A stretch of 63,011 nt of DNA, counting the filler. It is 7 parts of 7 records of this genome, joined end to end, with 100 filler letters (N's around TTAATTAATTAA, not from the genome) between each part and the next. Parts side by side here need not be neighbours in the genome. Positions count along the whole stretch, not along the records: positions 8,482 to 29,418 come from DRR723986_7050; positions 29,519 to 35,851 come from DRR723986_7067; 5 more parts are not named here. One strand, given 5' to 3'. Position 1 is the first letter of the stretch; every line of letters begins with the position of its first letter. Below the pieces are notes generated by a model that had not been told where the DNA came from, ran no database searches, and was given only the letters and a program-made list of their open reading frames with translations. Positions 19,994 through 32,073 of this stretch are shown here, piece after piece. The position numbers and the translations under genes are program-made.

Positions 19994-20773
19994 ATGAAAA
20001 ACACCGATGAAACACCATCACTTGCGCATCGTCTTCGATATTTGGGGGCGGCCTTGATTGCGACAGGCGCGTTTACCCAAGCTGCGCAGGCCCAAGACAA
20101 TTGGGAATGGCGCGTTGCCCCTTATTTGTGGGCGACCTCGTTGCAGGGGCGAGTCGCCACGGTGCCGGGTGTACCCCCCGCAGATGTGGATGCCAGTTTC
20201 AGCGATATTTTGGATAATCTTGATTTTGCCGGCATGGTGGTGGCGCATGGGCGAAATGGCCGATGGGGCATTACCGGTGATTTGCAATATGTGAAATTGA
20301 CCGCTGAAAGCGGATCCCTTGCGCCGGCTTTTGGCAAAGCCGTGGTTAAGATCGAGAACACCATTGTGTCGTTGATGGCCGATTATGAACTTGCGCAGGC
20401 CTCCAATTATGAGGTTTGGGTATCGGGCGGCCTGCGGTACTGGCGGGTCAAAAATGATATCACCCTAACGCCGGGAACCGCACCGGGGCGTACTGCGAAT
20501 GGGGCAGACAGTTGGGTGGATCCGATCATCGGTGTGCGCGGCCGGCGCGAGATTGGAGAGCGCAGTTTTGTCACTGGCTGGGCCTATGTTGGCGGTTTCG
20601 GGGCCGGATCTGAAAGCATGGCGGATGTGTTCGGCGGGGTCGGGTATCAGTTTACACCAACCACCGCCGGGGTTTTAGGCTACCGTTGGATGACCGTTGA
20701 TCGGCAAAACGGGAGCTTTCTGTATGACGCGACCCAACAAGGTGTCTTGGCGGGTCTGTCGTTTCAGTTTTGA
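19994..20773 (+). CDS. Outer-membrane beta-barrel protein
   Basis: Signal peptide (AQA), amphipathic strands, 'WVDPIIG', terminal Phe. Confidence 0.75.
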   Translation: MKNTDETPSLAHRLRYLGAALIATGAFTQAAQAQDNWEWRVAPYLWATSLQGRVATVPGVPPADVDASFSDILDNLDFAGMVVAHGRNGRWGITGDLQYVKLTAESGSLAPAFGKAVVKIENTIVSLMADYELAQASNYEVWVSGGLRYWRVKNDITLTPGTAPGRTANGADSWVDPIIGVRGRREIGERSFVTGWAYVGGFGAGSESMADVFGGVGYQFTPTTAGVLGYRWMTVDRQNGSFLYDATQQGVLAGLSFQF

Positions 20774-20777
20774 TACC

Positions 20778-22037
20778 TCAGATGAGTGCTGTGCTGAGGA
20801 TTGGAAAATAGCTCAGCACCAGCAAAACAATTGTCACTGCCAATAGGAACGGCCAGAGGGCTGCAAAAATCGTGAACGGTTTCACGCCGGACATGGCAGA
20901 TGCGATGTATAGGCCGACGCCCACTGGTGGGGTGAGCAACCCGAGAACGAGATTGAGGCTGATGACGACCCCGAATTGGTAGGGGTTGATGTCATAGGTG
21001 TTCATCGCAATAGGCAGCAAAATGGGCGTGATCAGGATCAACGCTGCGATGCCGTCGATCAGCATCCCGACAAACAACAAGCAGACGTTCACGATCAAAA
21101 GGAACGTGAAGGGATCAGATGTCACAGTCGCAAGGAACGCAGCCAGCTTCTGTGGCAGCTCTTCGTAGATCACAACCCAGCCAAACACATTGGCGGCGGC
21201 AATCATAAAAATGACCAGCGAAGAGTTGGTCGCGGTGCGAACAAACAACTGCGCTAGATCCCCGGGTTTGATTTCGCGATAAATCCCCCATCCCACGGCC
21301 AACGCAATCAGGGATGCCACAGCCGCTGATTCCGTTGGCGTTGCGATGCCAAAGAGAATGCCACCTACAATGGCAATTGGGATCAGAAAGGCAGGCAGCG
21401 CATCCCGTAGCGCGCGCATGGCCACTGGGAGTGTCATCCATTCGCCCTTGGGGAAATCTTTGACGAGCCCAATCAAGGCAATCACGATGAAAAAAGACCC
21501 GGCCATGATCAGGCCCGGAATGATGCCAGCAATGAACAGATCCCCAATCGGGAGTTGCGCCAAAACGCCGTAGATCACAAACAGCATCGACGGTGGGATG
21601 ACTGGGGCCAGCAATCCACCTGCTGCAGTGGTCGCGGCGGCAAAGCCGGGATCGTACCCTTCTTTGGTCATAGCGGGCACCATGGCGCGGCTCATCACGG
21701 CGATCTGGCTGGCGGCTGATCCGATGATGGCCGCCATGAACATATTGGCTAGCAGGTTGATATAGGCCAACCCACCACGAAACCCTCCGACGAAAACACG
21801 GGCAGCTTGGACCAAGCGTTGGGTCATTCCTCCCTCGTTCATCAACTCCCCGGTCAGTATGAAAAGTGGAATGGCAAGAAGTCCATAATTTTCAACACCA
21901 GCAAAGGCTTGTTGGGCGAAGCTATCGTACAAAACTATGTTGCCACTCTCGTGAATGTACCACAGAGCGGTCAGGGCCAGCACCAGGGCAATCGGCACCG
22001 AAGCGAATAGTAGAATAAGGAAAATTAGGGGCGTCAT
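20778..22037 (-). CDS. dctM: TRAP transporter large permease
   Basis: 'LLAIPLFILTGELM', 'IPPS', 'TPTESA', 'GLLTPPVG'. Confidence 0.94.
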   Translation of the reverse strand: MTPLIFLILLFASVPIALVLALTALWYIHESGNIVLYDSFAQQAFAGVENYGLLAIPLFILTGELMNEGGMTQRLVQAARVFVGGFRGGLAYINLLANMFMAAIIGSAASQIAVMSRAMVPAMTKEGYDPGFAAATTAAGGLLAPVIPPSMLFVIYGVLAQLPIGDLFIAGIIPGLIMAGSFFIVIALIGLVKDFPKGEWMTLPVAMRALRDALPAFLIPIAIVGGILFGIATPTESAAVASLIALAVGWGIYREIKPGDLAQLFVRTATNSSLVIFMIAAANVFGWVVIYEELPQKLAAFLATVTSDPFTFLLIVNVCLLFVGMLIDGIAALILITPILLPIAMNTYDINPYQFGVVISLNLVLGLLTPPVGVGLYIASAMSGVKPFTIFAALWPFLLAVTIVLLVLSYFPILSTALI

Positions 22038-22576
22038 TCAGCAGCCTCCACTTGGGCGGCATGGCCGGGATGAAACAGATTAGCTGTGGTGTGCAGCAAG
22101 GCGCCAAGGGTGAAGACAGGCATCACCAGCCAGACCCAGACCTTTTTGATGCCCAGCGTATTCGTCGGTTCGGCATAGATGAAATTGAACGTATTCCCTT
22201 GAAACGCTTTCACGTCCCATCCGGCCTCCATCAGTTGCAGCGGCATGAACCAACGCAGACAAATCCAGACCATCAGGCAGGCGAATACGAAAATGACGAC
22301 ATCCACCGCGCGCTCCATCCAATATCGGACTGGGGCGGGGACGAATTCATTGACGACGGTAACGGCAATGGTGGATCGGTAGTGAATAGCGGCAGAAGCT
22401 GCCAGAAAACACATCCAGACCATGGAATAAATTGCGGCTTCGTCGACCCAATAGATTGCATTGCCCGTTGAACGGGTCACAACATTAAGAAGGATAAGTC
22501 CGGTGATAAGAGCCGCGAAGGTCGCAGCCAGAAAAACTTCTATACGTGCCCAGAGATGGGAAGCCCGATAAAGCAT
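22034..22576 (-). CDS. dctQ: TRAP transporter small permease
   Basis: Four TMs, 'WVDEAAIYSMVW', lies between dctP and dctM. Confidence 0.9.
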   Translation of the reverse strand: MLYRASHLWARIEVFLAATFAALITGLILLNVVTRSTGNAIYWVDEAAIYSMVWMCFLAASAAIHYRSTIAVTVVNEFVPAPVRYWMERAVDVVIFVFACLMVWICLRWFMPLQLMEAGWDVKAFQGNTFNFIYAEPTNTLGIKKVWVWLVMPVFTLGALLHTTANLFHPGHAAQVEAAE

Positions 22577-22598
22577 GTGCCTGCCTTTGTCTGACACA

Positions 22599-22627
22599 CG
22601 ACGGGCCGGATTTCGCCCGGCCCGTCG
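22599..22627 (-). terminator. Intercistronic hairpin dctP-dctQ
   Basis: CGACGGGCCGG / CCGGCCCGTCG 11-bp inverted repeat. Confidence 0.55.
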
Positions 22628-22644
22628 CGCATTGGATGTTTGGA

Positions 22645-24395
<1,751 letters not shown>

Positions 24396-24589
24396 TTTAA
24401 GGTTAAAGCATATGTGTTTGTCAAGCCTTTTTGACGAGAAGCTAAACGGGTCGTTTGCTTCCGTTGCTTAGGAATAGTGAAGGATGAGACGAAAACGATG
24501 ACCTCACGATCTGGTCACTTCTTCGGTAAAGTGTTTCATTTGAATGTGACTGCCCCCATCTGACAGAGGCAATTAGTCTGGAGACGAGC

Positions 24590-25222
24590 ATGCGACTCAA
24601 TGCCGATTTCACCCAACGTGCCTCTGTTCACTTTGAGCAAACCGATTGGGTTCCGTCCCCTGCAGCGGGCGTCGAGCGAAAGATGTTGGATCGAATCGGC
24701 GATGAAGTGGCACGCGCAACCACGATTGTTCGGTTTGCGCCGGGCAGTGCGTTTTCAGCTCACACCCATGATGGCGGCGAAGAATACCTGGTGCTGGATG
24801 GGGTTTTTCAGGACGAGTTGGGTGATTTTCCCAAGGATACTTATGTTCGCAATCCACCAACCTCGTCACATACACCGGCAACAGAACCGGGCGCGACAAT
24901 CTTGGTTAAACTTCATCAGTTTGATCCGGATGACCGGACCGCAGTGCAAAAATCAATGGTGGGCGCTGGCATTGTGCCCTTGCACCAAGACACGCATGAG
25001 GACGTGCGCATTGAAAATTGGGCTCCAGGTGCGCCTGTATCAATCGATGCGCCGGGAGGGGTCGAAGTGTTCGTTCTAGACGGAAGCTTTGTCGAAGCGG
25101 ATGAAGAATTTACCGTCTGGAGCTGGCTACGACTGCCGCCCGGATCACAGCTTTTGTCCATTGCTGGCGCAGCGGGCGCGCGGGTCTGGATCAAGTCTGG
25201 GCATCTATTGGGCATGATTTGA
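24590..25222 (+). CDS. ChrR-like tandem cupin protein
   Basis: 'W.PSP..GVERKMLDR.G.E.ARAT', 'HTHDGGEE', 'YVRNPP.SSH.P'. Confidence 0.88.
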   Translation: MRLNADFTQRASVHFEQTDWVPSPAAGVERKMLDRIGDEVARATTIVRFAPGSAFSAHTHDGGEEYLVLDGVFQDELGDFPKDTYVRNPPTSSHTPATEPGATILVKLHQFDPDDRTAVQKSMVGAGIVPLHQDTHEDVRIENWAPGAPVSIDAPGGVEVFVLDGSFVEADEEFTVWSWLRLPPGSQLLSIAGAAGARVWIKSGHLLGMI

Positions 25223-25259
25223 TCGCCTTATCCGCACTCGGAACACAGAAAAAATGCTT

Positions 25260-25287
25260 AAAAACCGGGCGCCTCAGCCCGGTTTTT
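25260..25287 (+). terminator. Intrinsic terminator
   Basis: AAAAACCGGGC-loop-GCCCGGTTTTT. Confidence 0.8.
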
Positions 25288-25310
25288 GCGTTTTTGACCA
25301 AGTTTAAAAA

Positions 25311-25328
25311 TTTTACCAATTGATAAAA
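25311..25328. promoter_or_regulatory. RutR-like operator upstream of preT
   Basis: TTTTACCAATTGATAAAA resembles TTGACCAnnTGGTCAA. Half-site TTTGACCA just upstream. Confidence 0.6.
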
Positions 25329-25381
25329 AATTCAAATGTGGCAATCTGGGGCGAACAAAAACATATCTCAGGGAGAGAGAG

Positions 25382-26716
25382 ATGGCACAGGGCCAGACAG
25401 CTCCGGGCATTCAGGCCGGGCGGCTATCCAGCGATGAAATTGCCGGAAACTTTGATGATCTTCACCCAGCATTTGCCCCTCACGAGGCAGCTGTGGCAGC
25501 GGATCGTTGTTATTTCTGTTATGACGCACCATGCGTAACGGCATGTCCCAGCGACATCGATATTCCGCTGTTCATTCGCCAGATCGCAACAGGGACACCA
25601 GAAGCGGCTGCACGCACGATTTTTGATCAGAACATTCTTGGGGGCATGTGTGCCCGGGTTTGTCCGACCGAAACCTTGTGCGAAGAGGTTTGCGTACGCG
25701 AAACCGCCGAGGGCAAGCCGGTTGAAATCGGGCGTCTGCAGCGGTTTGCAACGGATACACTGATGACCTCTGGGGTGCATCCGTTTGAACGGGTGGCCGC
25801 AACGGGCAAGACTGTTGCCGTCGTTGGGGCAGGGCCTGCGGGTCTGTCTTGCGCACATCGTCTGGCAATGCTTGGCAATGATGTGGTGATCTATGAGGCA
25901 CGCGCTAAATCTGGCGGCCTGAACGAATTCGGCATCGCCGCGTATAAGTCTACCAACAGCTTTGCCGAACGCGAGGTCGATTGGTTGCTGAAAATCGGCG
26001 GCATTCGTATCGAGACAGGCGAAGCACTGGGTGCGGGACTGACGTTGGATGGGCTAAAGGCCGACCATGATGCAGTGTTCTTGTCGATTGGTTTGACCGG
26101 TGTGAATGCCCTGCGCGTTGATGGCGAAGACAAGGATGGTGTGCGGGATGCAGTCGATTTCATCGCCGATCTGCGTCAGGCTGATGATTTGGAGGCGCTT
26201 CCAGTGGGGCGGAACGTTGTTGTGATCGGTGGCGGGATGACCGCGATTGATGCGGCGGTTCAATCCAAATTACTTGGGGCTGAAAACGTGACGGTTGCTT
26301 ATCGGCGCGGGCGCGAGGCAATGGGCGCAAGCCGGTTCGAGCAAGACTTGGCAAGTTCCAAGGGCGTCAAATTGATGTTCAACGTTCAACCCGTTGCTGT
26401 GCACGGCAATGGCGCGGCGGCCGAGATCGAGCTGGAATACACTTCGAGAGCGGGCGGAGAACTGAGCGGCACGGGGGAAACCACCCGCCTAAAGGCCGAT
26501 CAAGTGTTCAAAGCGATTGGCCAAACCTTGCAAGGTGCACCTGATGTGGTTGCGTTGGATGGGCGTAAAATCGCTGTTTCTGGCGCAGGGCGGACCTCGA
26601 TCGATGGTGTTTGGGCCGGGGGCGATTGTGCCGCTGGGGGCGATGATCTGACTGTGACAGCCGTGGCCGAAGGGCGTGACGCGGCAGTGGATATTCATGC
26701 CAGCCTCAACGCCTGA
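25382..26716 (+). CDS. preT: Dihydropyrimidine dehydrogenase subunit (GltD-like)
   Basis: 'RCYFCYDAPC...CP', 'CARVCP...C', 'GAGPAG', 'GGGMTAIDAA'. Adjacent to preA. Confidence 0.92.
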   Translation: MAQGQTAPGIQAGRLSSDEIAGNFDDLHPAFAPHEAAVAADRCYFCYDAPCVTACPSDIDIPLFIRQIATGTPEAAARTIFDQNILGGMCARVCPTETLCEEVCVRETAEGKPVEIGRLQRFATDTLMTSGVHPFERVAATGKTVAVVGAGPAGLSCAHRLAMLGNDVVIYEARAKSGGLNEFGIAAYKSTNSFAEREVDWLLKIGGIRIETGEALGAGLTLDGLKADHDAVFLSIGLTGVNALRVDGEDKDGVRDAVDFIADLRQADDLEALPVGRNVVVIGGGMTAIDAAVQSKLLGAENVTVAYRRGREAMGASRFEQDLASSKGVKLMFNVQPVAVHGNGAAAEIELEYTSRAGGELSGTGETTRLKADQVFKAIGQTLQGAPDVVALDGRKIAVSGAGRTSIDGVWAGGDCAAGGDDLTVTAVAEGRDAAVDIHASLNA

Positions 26717-26783
26717 CACTGGGTTGAAACTGACTGTTTAGGACAAAATGAAGATGCCGGTTGTGCATCAGGGAGGCCGACAA

Positions 26784-28088
26784 ATGGCTGATTTAACAAC
26801 AAATTTCTTGGGCATCCAAAGCCCGAATCCGTTCTGGCTGGCGTCCGCGCCACCGACTGACAAAGAATACAATGTCCGCCGCGCCTTTGAGGCGGGCTGG
26901 GGCGGTGTCGTGTGGAAAACGCTTGGCTCCGAAGGGCCACCCGTCGTGAACGTGAATGGCCCACGCTATGGTGCGATCTTTGGTGCGGACCGGCGGTTGC
27001 TGGGACTCAATAACATTGAGCTGATCACGGATCGTCCGCTTGAAACGAACCTGGAAGAGATCACGCGCGTCAAGAAAGACTACCCGGATCGTGCCATTAT
27101 CGTGTCCTTGATGGTGCCTTGTGAAGAGGCAGCTTGGAAGGCGATCCTGCCACGGGTCATGGAGACCGGAGCAGATGGAATTGAGTTGAATTTTGGCTGC
27201 CCGCATGGCATGGCTGAGCGCGGTATGGGGTCTGCTGTAGGGCAGGTTCCGGAATACATCGAAATGGTGACCCGTTGGTGTAAGGAAAACTATGACAAAC
27301 CGGTCATCGTTAAGCTGACACCCAATATCACGGATGTCCGTTTTCCGGCCCGTGCGGCCAAGGCGGGTGGTGCAGACGCAGTCAGCTTGATCAACACGAT
27401 CAACTCTATCACGTCTGTTAATCTTGATGCGATGGCACCCGAGCCGATGATTGGCGACAAGGGCACCCACGGCGGTTATTGCGGTCCGGCGGTCAAGCCG
27501 ATTGCGATGAACATGGTGGCGGAAATCGCCCGGTGTCCGCAGACACATGGCCTGCCGATTTCCGCCATAGGCGGGGTGACCACATGGCGTGACGCGGCTG
27601 AATTCATGGCGTTGGGGGCTGGCAATGTTCAGGTCTGCACCGCCGCGATGACCTATGGGTTCAAAATCGTCGAAGAGATGATCTCAGGCCTGTCGCAGTG
27701 GATGGACGAAAAGGGCTATACTTCGACCGATGACTTCATCGGCATGGCGACACCCAATGTGACTGATTGGCAGTATTTGAACCTGAACGCGATTTCTAAG
27801 GCGGTAATTGATCAGGACGCATGTATCAAATGCGGGCGGTGTTATGCGGCGTGTGAAGATACCTCGCACCAGGCCATCGACATGTCCGAGGATCGCACCT
27901 TTACCGTCAACGATGATGAATGTGTTGCGTGCAACTTGTGCGTCAATGTCTGCCCGGTGGACAATTGCATCACCATGGAGGCCATGGAGCCGGGTCTTGT
28001 TGACCCTCGCACTGGTAAAACGGTGACCGAGGAATACGCCAATTGGACAACCCACCCCAACAACCCCTCGTCGCAAGCGGCTGAATAG
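26784..28088 (+). CDS. preA: Dihydropyrimidine dehydrogenase subunit PreA
   Basis: 'NPFWLASAPP', 'LNNIELI', 'ELNFGCPHG', 'KLTPN', two 4Fe-4S motifs. Confidence 0.95.
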   Translation: MADLTTNFLGIQSPNPFWLASAPPTDKEYNVRRAFEAGWGGVVWKTLGSEGPPVVNVNGPRYGAIFGADRRLLGLNNIELITDRPLETNLEEITRVKKDYPDRAIIVSLMVPCEEAAWKAILPRVMETGADGIELNFGCPHGMAERGMGSAVGQVPEYIEMVTRWCKENYDKPVIVKLTPNITDVRFPARAAKAGGADAVSLINTINSITSVNLDAMAPEPMIGDKGTHGGYCGPAVKPIAMNMVAEIARCPQTHGLPISAIGGVTTWRDAAEFMALGAGNVQVCTAAMTYGFKIVEEMISGLSQWMDEKGYTSTDDFIGMATPNVTDWQYLNLNAISKAVIDQDACIKCGRCYAACEDTSHQAIDMSEDRTFTVNDDECVACNLCVNVCPVDNCITMEAMEPGLVDPRTGKTVTEEYANWTTHPNNPSSQAAE

Positions 28089-28108
28089 GGCTACGGGAAA
28101 CTATTTCC

Positions 28109-28140
28109 AAAGGGCGGTGCGCAGGCATCGCCCTTTTTTT
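28109..28140 (+). terminator. Intrinsic terminator
   Basis: AAAGGGCGGTGC-loop-GCATCGCCCTTTTTTT. Confidence 0.8.
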
Positions 28141-28747
28141 ATGGGGTAAGCAGACGTTGATACAGCGTTTCGATAAAGGATTCGGCACCATCATAGGGAT
28201 CTTCGTCCCCCAAAATCGCGCGCACTTGCACATCAAAATCGGCATAGTGTTGGGTTAACGACCAGACTGAGAACAACAGGTGGTAGGGATGAACCCGCGC
28301 GATCTTTCCGGCCTCCATCCATTTTTCCAATACGATTGTTTTTTCATCAACCAGCGTTTTCAAATCATGGTTCAGGGCATCGTGTATCCGGGGCGCACCC
28401 TGCACGATTTCATTGGCGAACAGCCGGCTTTCTCGCGGAAAATCCCGGCTCATTTGCAGCTTGCGCCGCACATAGTCCATGATTTCGGTCAGTGGATCGC
28501 CCTCGGCATTCAAGTCGCGCAAAGGGTCTAGCCACGTGTCCATTAGTTGCGCAAGCAAGGCGTTGTGCATCTCGATTTTTGACGGAAAATAGTAAAGCAG
28601 ATTGGGTTTTGATAATCCGGCTTCGGCCGCGATTTGATCGACGGTCGCCCCACGAAACCCGTTGGCAGAGAAGACATTCAATGCGGCCTCAAGGATGGCT
28701 GCGCGGTTTTTTTTCTGAATTCGGGTAGGTGCGCGGTCTTTGGGCAT
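28139..28747 (-). CDS. rutR: TetR family pyrimidine regulator
   Basis: 'GLSKPNLLYYFPSK', 'PRESRLFANEI', 'TQHYADF'. Lies within the pyrimidine cluster. Confidence 0.88.
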   Translation of the reverse strand: MPKDRAPTRIQKKNRAAILEAALNVFSANGFRGATVDQIAAEAGLSKPNLLYYFPSKIEMHNALLAQLMDTWLDPLRDLNAEGDPLTEIMDYVRRKLQMSRDFPRESRLFANEIVQGAPRIHDALNHDLKTLVDEKTIVLEKWMEAGKIARVHPYHLLFSVWSLTQHYADFDVQVRAILGDEDPYDGAESFIETLYQRLLTP

Positions 28748-28849
28748 TTTTTGGTGCCTACTTTCTTTTCAAACAAGCAATAAAGTTGGGCATTTTCGTC
28801 TTGAGTGGTCGCAATTTCTTGACTGGTGACGAACCCGTGATAGCGTGAG

Positions 28850-28867
28850 TTTGACCAGTTGGTCAAA
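28850..28867. promoter_or_regulatory. RutR box
   Basis: TTTGACCA-GT-TGGTCAAA is an exact match to TTGACCAnnTGGTCAA. Confidence 0.88.
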
Positions 28868-28914
28868 TCACATACGAAACGCGAGCCAAATCGCGAGCGA
28901 CGAGGGGGAAAGAC

Positions 28915-29418
28915 ATGGCGGCGCCAGCGCAGAATCTCAGGATCAACGGCGAACGGCTGTGGGACAGTCTGATGGAGATGGCCAAGATCGGCCCCGGTGT
29001 GGCAGGCGGCAACAACCGCCAGACCTTGACCGATGAAGACGGCGAGGGGCGGACTTTGTTCCAAAGTTGGTGCGAGGCTGCGGGATGCACAATGGGGTTG
29101 GATCAGATGGGCAATATGTTTGCGCGTCGAGAGGGAACCGACCCAGAGGCATTGCCGGTTTATGTCGGGTCGCATTTGGATACGCAGCCAACGGGCGGAA
29201 AATATGACGGTGTTCTCGGCGTTCTGAGCGGGCTAGAAGTTTTGCGCACCCTGAATGATCTGGGTATTCGGACCAAGCATCCGATTGTTGTGACCAATTT
29301 CACCAATGAAGAGGGCACGCGATATGCCCCGGCGATGTTGTCGTCTGGTGTGTTTGCGGGCATCCACACCCAAGACTGGGCGTATGATCGCGAAGATGCC
29401 GAGGGCAAGAAATTTGGC
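28915..29418 (+). CDS. Zn-dependent M20 amidohydrolase (beta-ureidopropionase), partial
   Basis: 'GSHLDTQPTGGKYDG', 'NEEGTRY', pyrimidine context. Confidence 0.9.
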
Positions 29419-29518
29419 NNNNNNNNNNNNNNNNNNNNNNNNNNNNNNNNNNNNNNNNNNNNTTAATTAATTAANNNNNNNNNNNNNNNNNNNNNNNNNN
29501 NNNNNNNNNNNNNNNNNN
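29419..29518. other. Artificial contig linker
   Basis: N44-TTAATTAATTAA-N44. Confidence 0.98.
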
Positions 29519-30610
29519 GCTGTTGGCGTGGATCGTGGTCATCGACCCATCGTGACCCGTGTTCATGGCTTGCAGCATGTCGATGACTTCTTCGCCGCGG
29601 GTTTCCCCGACGATAATGCGGTCTGGGCGCATCCGCAGGGCGTTTTTCAAACAATCCCGCGGGCTGACTTCGCCTTTGCCTTCTACGTTTGGTGGGCGGG
29701 ATTCCATCCGACCCACATGGGTCTGTTGCAGCTGAAGTTCCGCCGTGTCTTCGATGGTCAGAATGCGTTCGGCGTTGTCGATGAAAGACGATAAGGCGTT
29801 AAGCGTTGTGGTTTTACCCGAACCTGTACCGCCTGACACGATGACGTTCAGTCGTGTGGCGACAGCGGCCTGAAGGTAGGCGGCCATCTCTTCGGTAAAA
29901 GCTCCGAAATCGACAAGGTCGTCGATCCCGAGTTTGTCCTTTTTGAATTTACGGATGGAAACGAGCGAGCCGTCAACCGCGACAGGGGGCACCATGGCGT
30001 TGAAACGGGATCCATCTGAGAGACGCGCATCCACATAGGGGTTGGATTCATCAACGCGACGACCCACGGCGGACACGATTTTATCTATAATCCGCATCAG
30101 GTGCTTTTCGTCTTTGAACGTGACATTGCTCAGCTGCAATTTGCCCGAGCGTTCAACAAAAATCTGATGGGGCCCGTTCACGAGAATATCGTTAACGCTT
30201 TCATCCTGTAGCAGTGTTTCCAGCGGGCCGAGGCCGGTTACTTCGTCGTAAAGCTCTTTGTTGAGCGCCATACGGTCTTCACGGTTAAGGACGATCCCCT
30301 TGCTCTCAAGAATTTCGCTGGTGATGGTGCTGATTTCTGTCCGCAGATCCGCCTCGCTGGCATGCTCAAGTGCAGCCAGGTTTAGGTTTTCCAGCAAGTC
30401 GCGATGCAGCTGAATCTTGATCTCACTCATCCGCTCTTTGCGTTTGCGCTCCCGATCTTGTGGGGCTGCTTCTGCGGACTTGGCAGGCATCGGGCGTCTC
30501 ATGGAATGAGACTGCTTTGCAGAAATGCCGTCAGATGGTACTTCTTTTGGGTTTGGCTTTGCAGGAGTTACCGGTTCGGCTTTGCCCTGCTTTTTATATC
30601 TTGAAAACAC
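29519..30610 (-). CDS. cpaF: Tad pilus ATPase CpaF/TadA (partial)
   Basis: 'GGTGSGKTT', 'IEDTAEL', '[12 protein letters not shown]', 'MNTGH.GS..TIHA'. Confidence 0.95.
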
Positions 30611-30632
30611 GTTACGCCCCTATTTCTGCCTA

Positions 30633-31874
30633 TCAGGCTGCTTTTGCATCACTGTTGCCCAAATCATGGAGCGATTGAGCCAGTTTTGCGATTTCCCGCC
30701 GCAGCGGGTTCTTAGGGGCCGAAGCCGCCAGGGGCAGACCGTGATCTGCGCCTTGTGTCACTGGTTTGCCGCCATCTGGGAGTTGCAGATCTATTGAAAT
30801 ACCCAAGGATTCCCCCATGCGTTTCACCCGGCTTTTGCCGCTGAGATCTGTAAATTTCGGCGCCTTGTTCAAGGCAAAGCGCAACTTGTTGAACGGAAGA
30901 TCCTCAGATTGCAGTGCCCGCTTCATACGCAGGGCATTCTGGGCGGAACGCATATCCAGTTCGATCAAAGCGAAATAGACATGGGCGGCCTGAAGAATGG
31001 TTTCCGACCATTGAACCAATGTCTTGGGCATATCGACCACGACATAGTCAAAATGGGCGCGGGCCATTTCGATGACACGTTCAATGTCTTCGGGCGAGAC
31101 GATATCCAGGGGCACCATGTCCGCCGGTGCGGTTAGAACCTGAAGCGTGTCTTCAAAATTTAGCAAGGCCTGACCAAACACATCTTGATCCATGCTTTCG
31201 GTTTCGGCCAGCATCTCAAAAACGGCCTCGCGGCGTGGCAGATCAAGATAGGTGGAGACCGAGCCATACTGGAGATCAAGATCCAGCAGGCACACGCTTG
31301 GTGCGTCGTCTTTTGAAATATTCGCCAGTTCCCACGCAAGATTGACGGCCATCGTGGTCGACCCGGTTCCGCCGGCCAGTCCGTGCACAACGATAAGCGC
31401 ACCTTCTTTGGCGTCGCCAGATTTCAATTGCGAGGTGTTCTGAGGCTGCGGTTGCTCTGATGCGACTTCGGGTGCGCCCAGACGTTCAATTGCAAATTGA
31501 AGCTCTTGTTCGGGCAGGGGATAGGGGACAAATTCATCAGCCCCTTTGCGCAGCAGTTGATGGAGCGACGCGGGGGTCACATCTTCGGCTATCAAAATGA
31601 CGCTGATGCCACGAGATTTGGCCTGAGTGATGATTTCGCCCATTAAGACCAGATTGTCTTCATCCTCTCCGTCCATCGCCAAGGCAATGAACTCCAAGGA
31701 TTCCGCTTCGGGTTGGCCAAAAAAGGCTAAAGCCTCGGCAAACCCGAGATCTCCCCAGCTTTCGCCCATCGTGGCTTCCATGTCTTCAATCAGCAGATCA
31801 AAATTCTGAACATCACGACTGACTGTGCAAGCCAGGATTGGGGTCGTATCGGGTTGTGGCGTTTCGCTGCTCAT
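30633..31874 (-). CDS. cpaE: Tad pilus localisation ATPase CpaE/TadZ
   Basis: Receiver-like N-terminus, deviant P-loop 'AGGTGSTT', 'LDLDLQYG', 'VVVDMP'. Confidence 0.9.
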   Translation of the reverse strand: MSSETPQPDTTPILACTVSRDVQNFDLLIEDMEATMGESWGDLGFAEALAFFGQPEAESLEFIALAMDGEDEDNLVLMGEIITQAKSRGISVILIAEDVTPASLHQLLRKGADEFVPYPLPEQELQFAIERLGAPEVASEQPQPQNTSQLKSGDAKEGALIVVHGLAGGTGSTTMAVNLAWELANISKDDAPSVCLLDLDLQYGSVSTYLDLPRREAVFEMLAETESMDQDVFGQALLNFEDTLQVLTAPADMVPLDIVSPEDIERVIEMARAHFDYVVVDMPKTLVQWSETILQAAHVYFALIELDMRSAQNALRMKRALQSEDLPFNKLRFALNKAPKFTDLSGKSRVKRMGESLGISIDLQLPDGGKPVTQGADHGLPLAASAPKNPLRREIAKLAQSLHDLGNSDAKAA

Positions 31875-32073
31875 TGCCTTGTTCCTCATCTCGAAGGTGA
31901 ACAAGCTTTGGTGGTGCGTATGCACCGGCCAACCTGCTTTTCTTACATGCGGCCCGAAATGGTCGCACGTCACCTATTGAGGACAGTGTCGCTTTGAAGT
32001 GGGGCAAGATTTGGGCTTAAAGACACCAATTGTAGGGAATTAGGCGACGATCAACCTAATTTCCCTGCAATTG

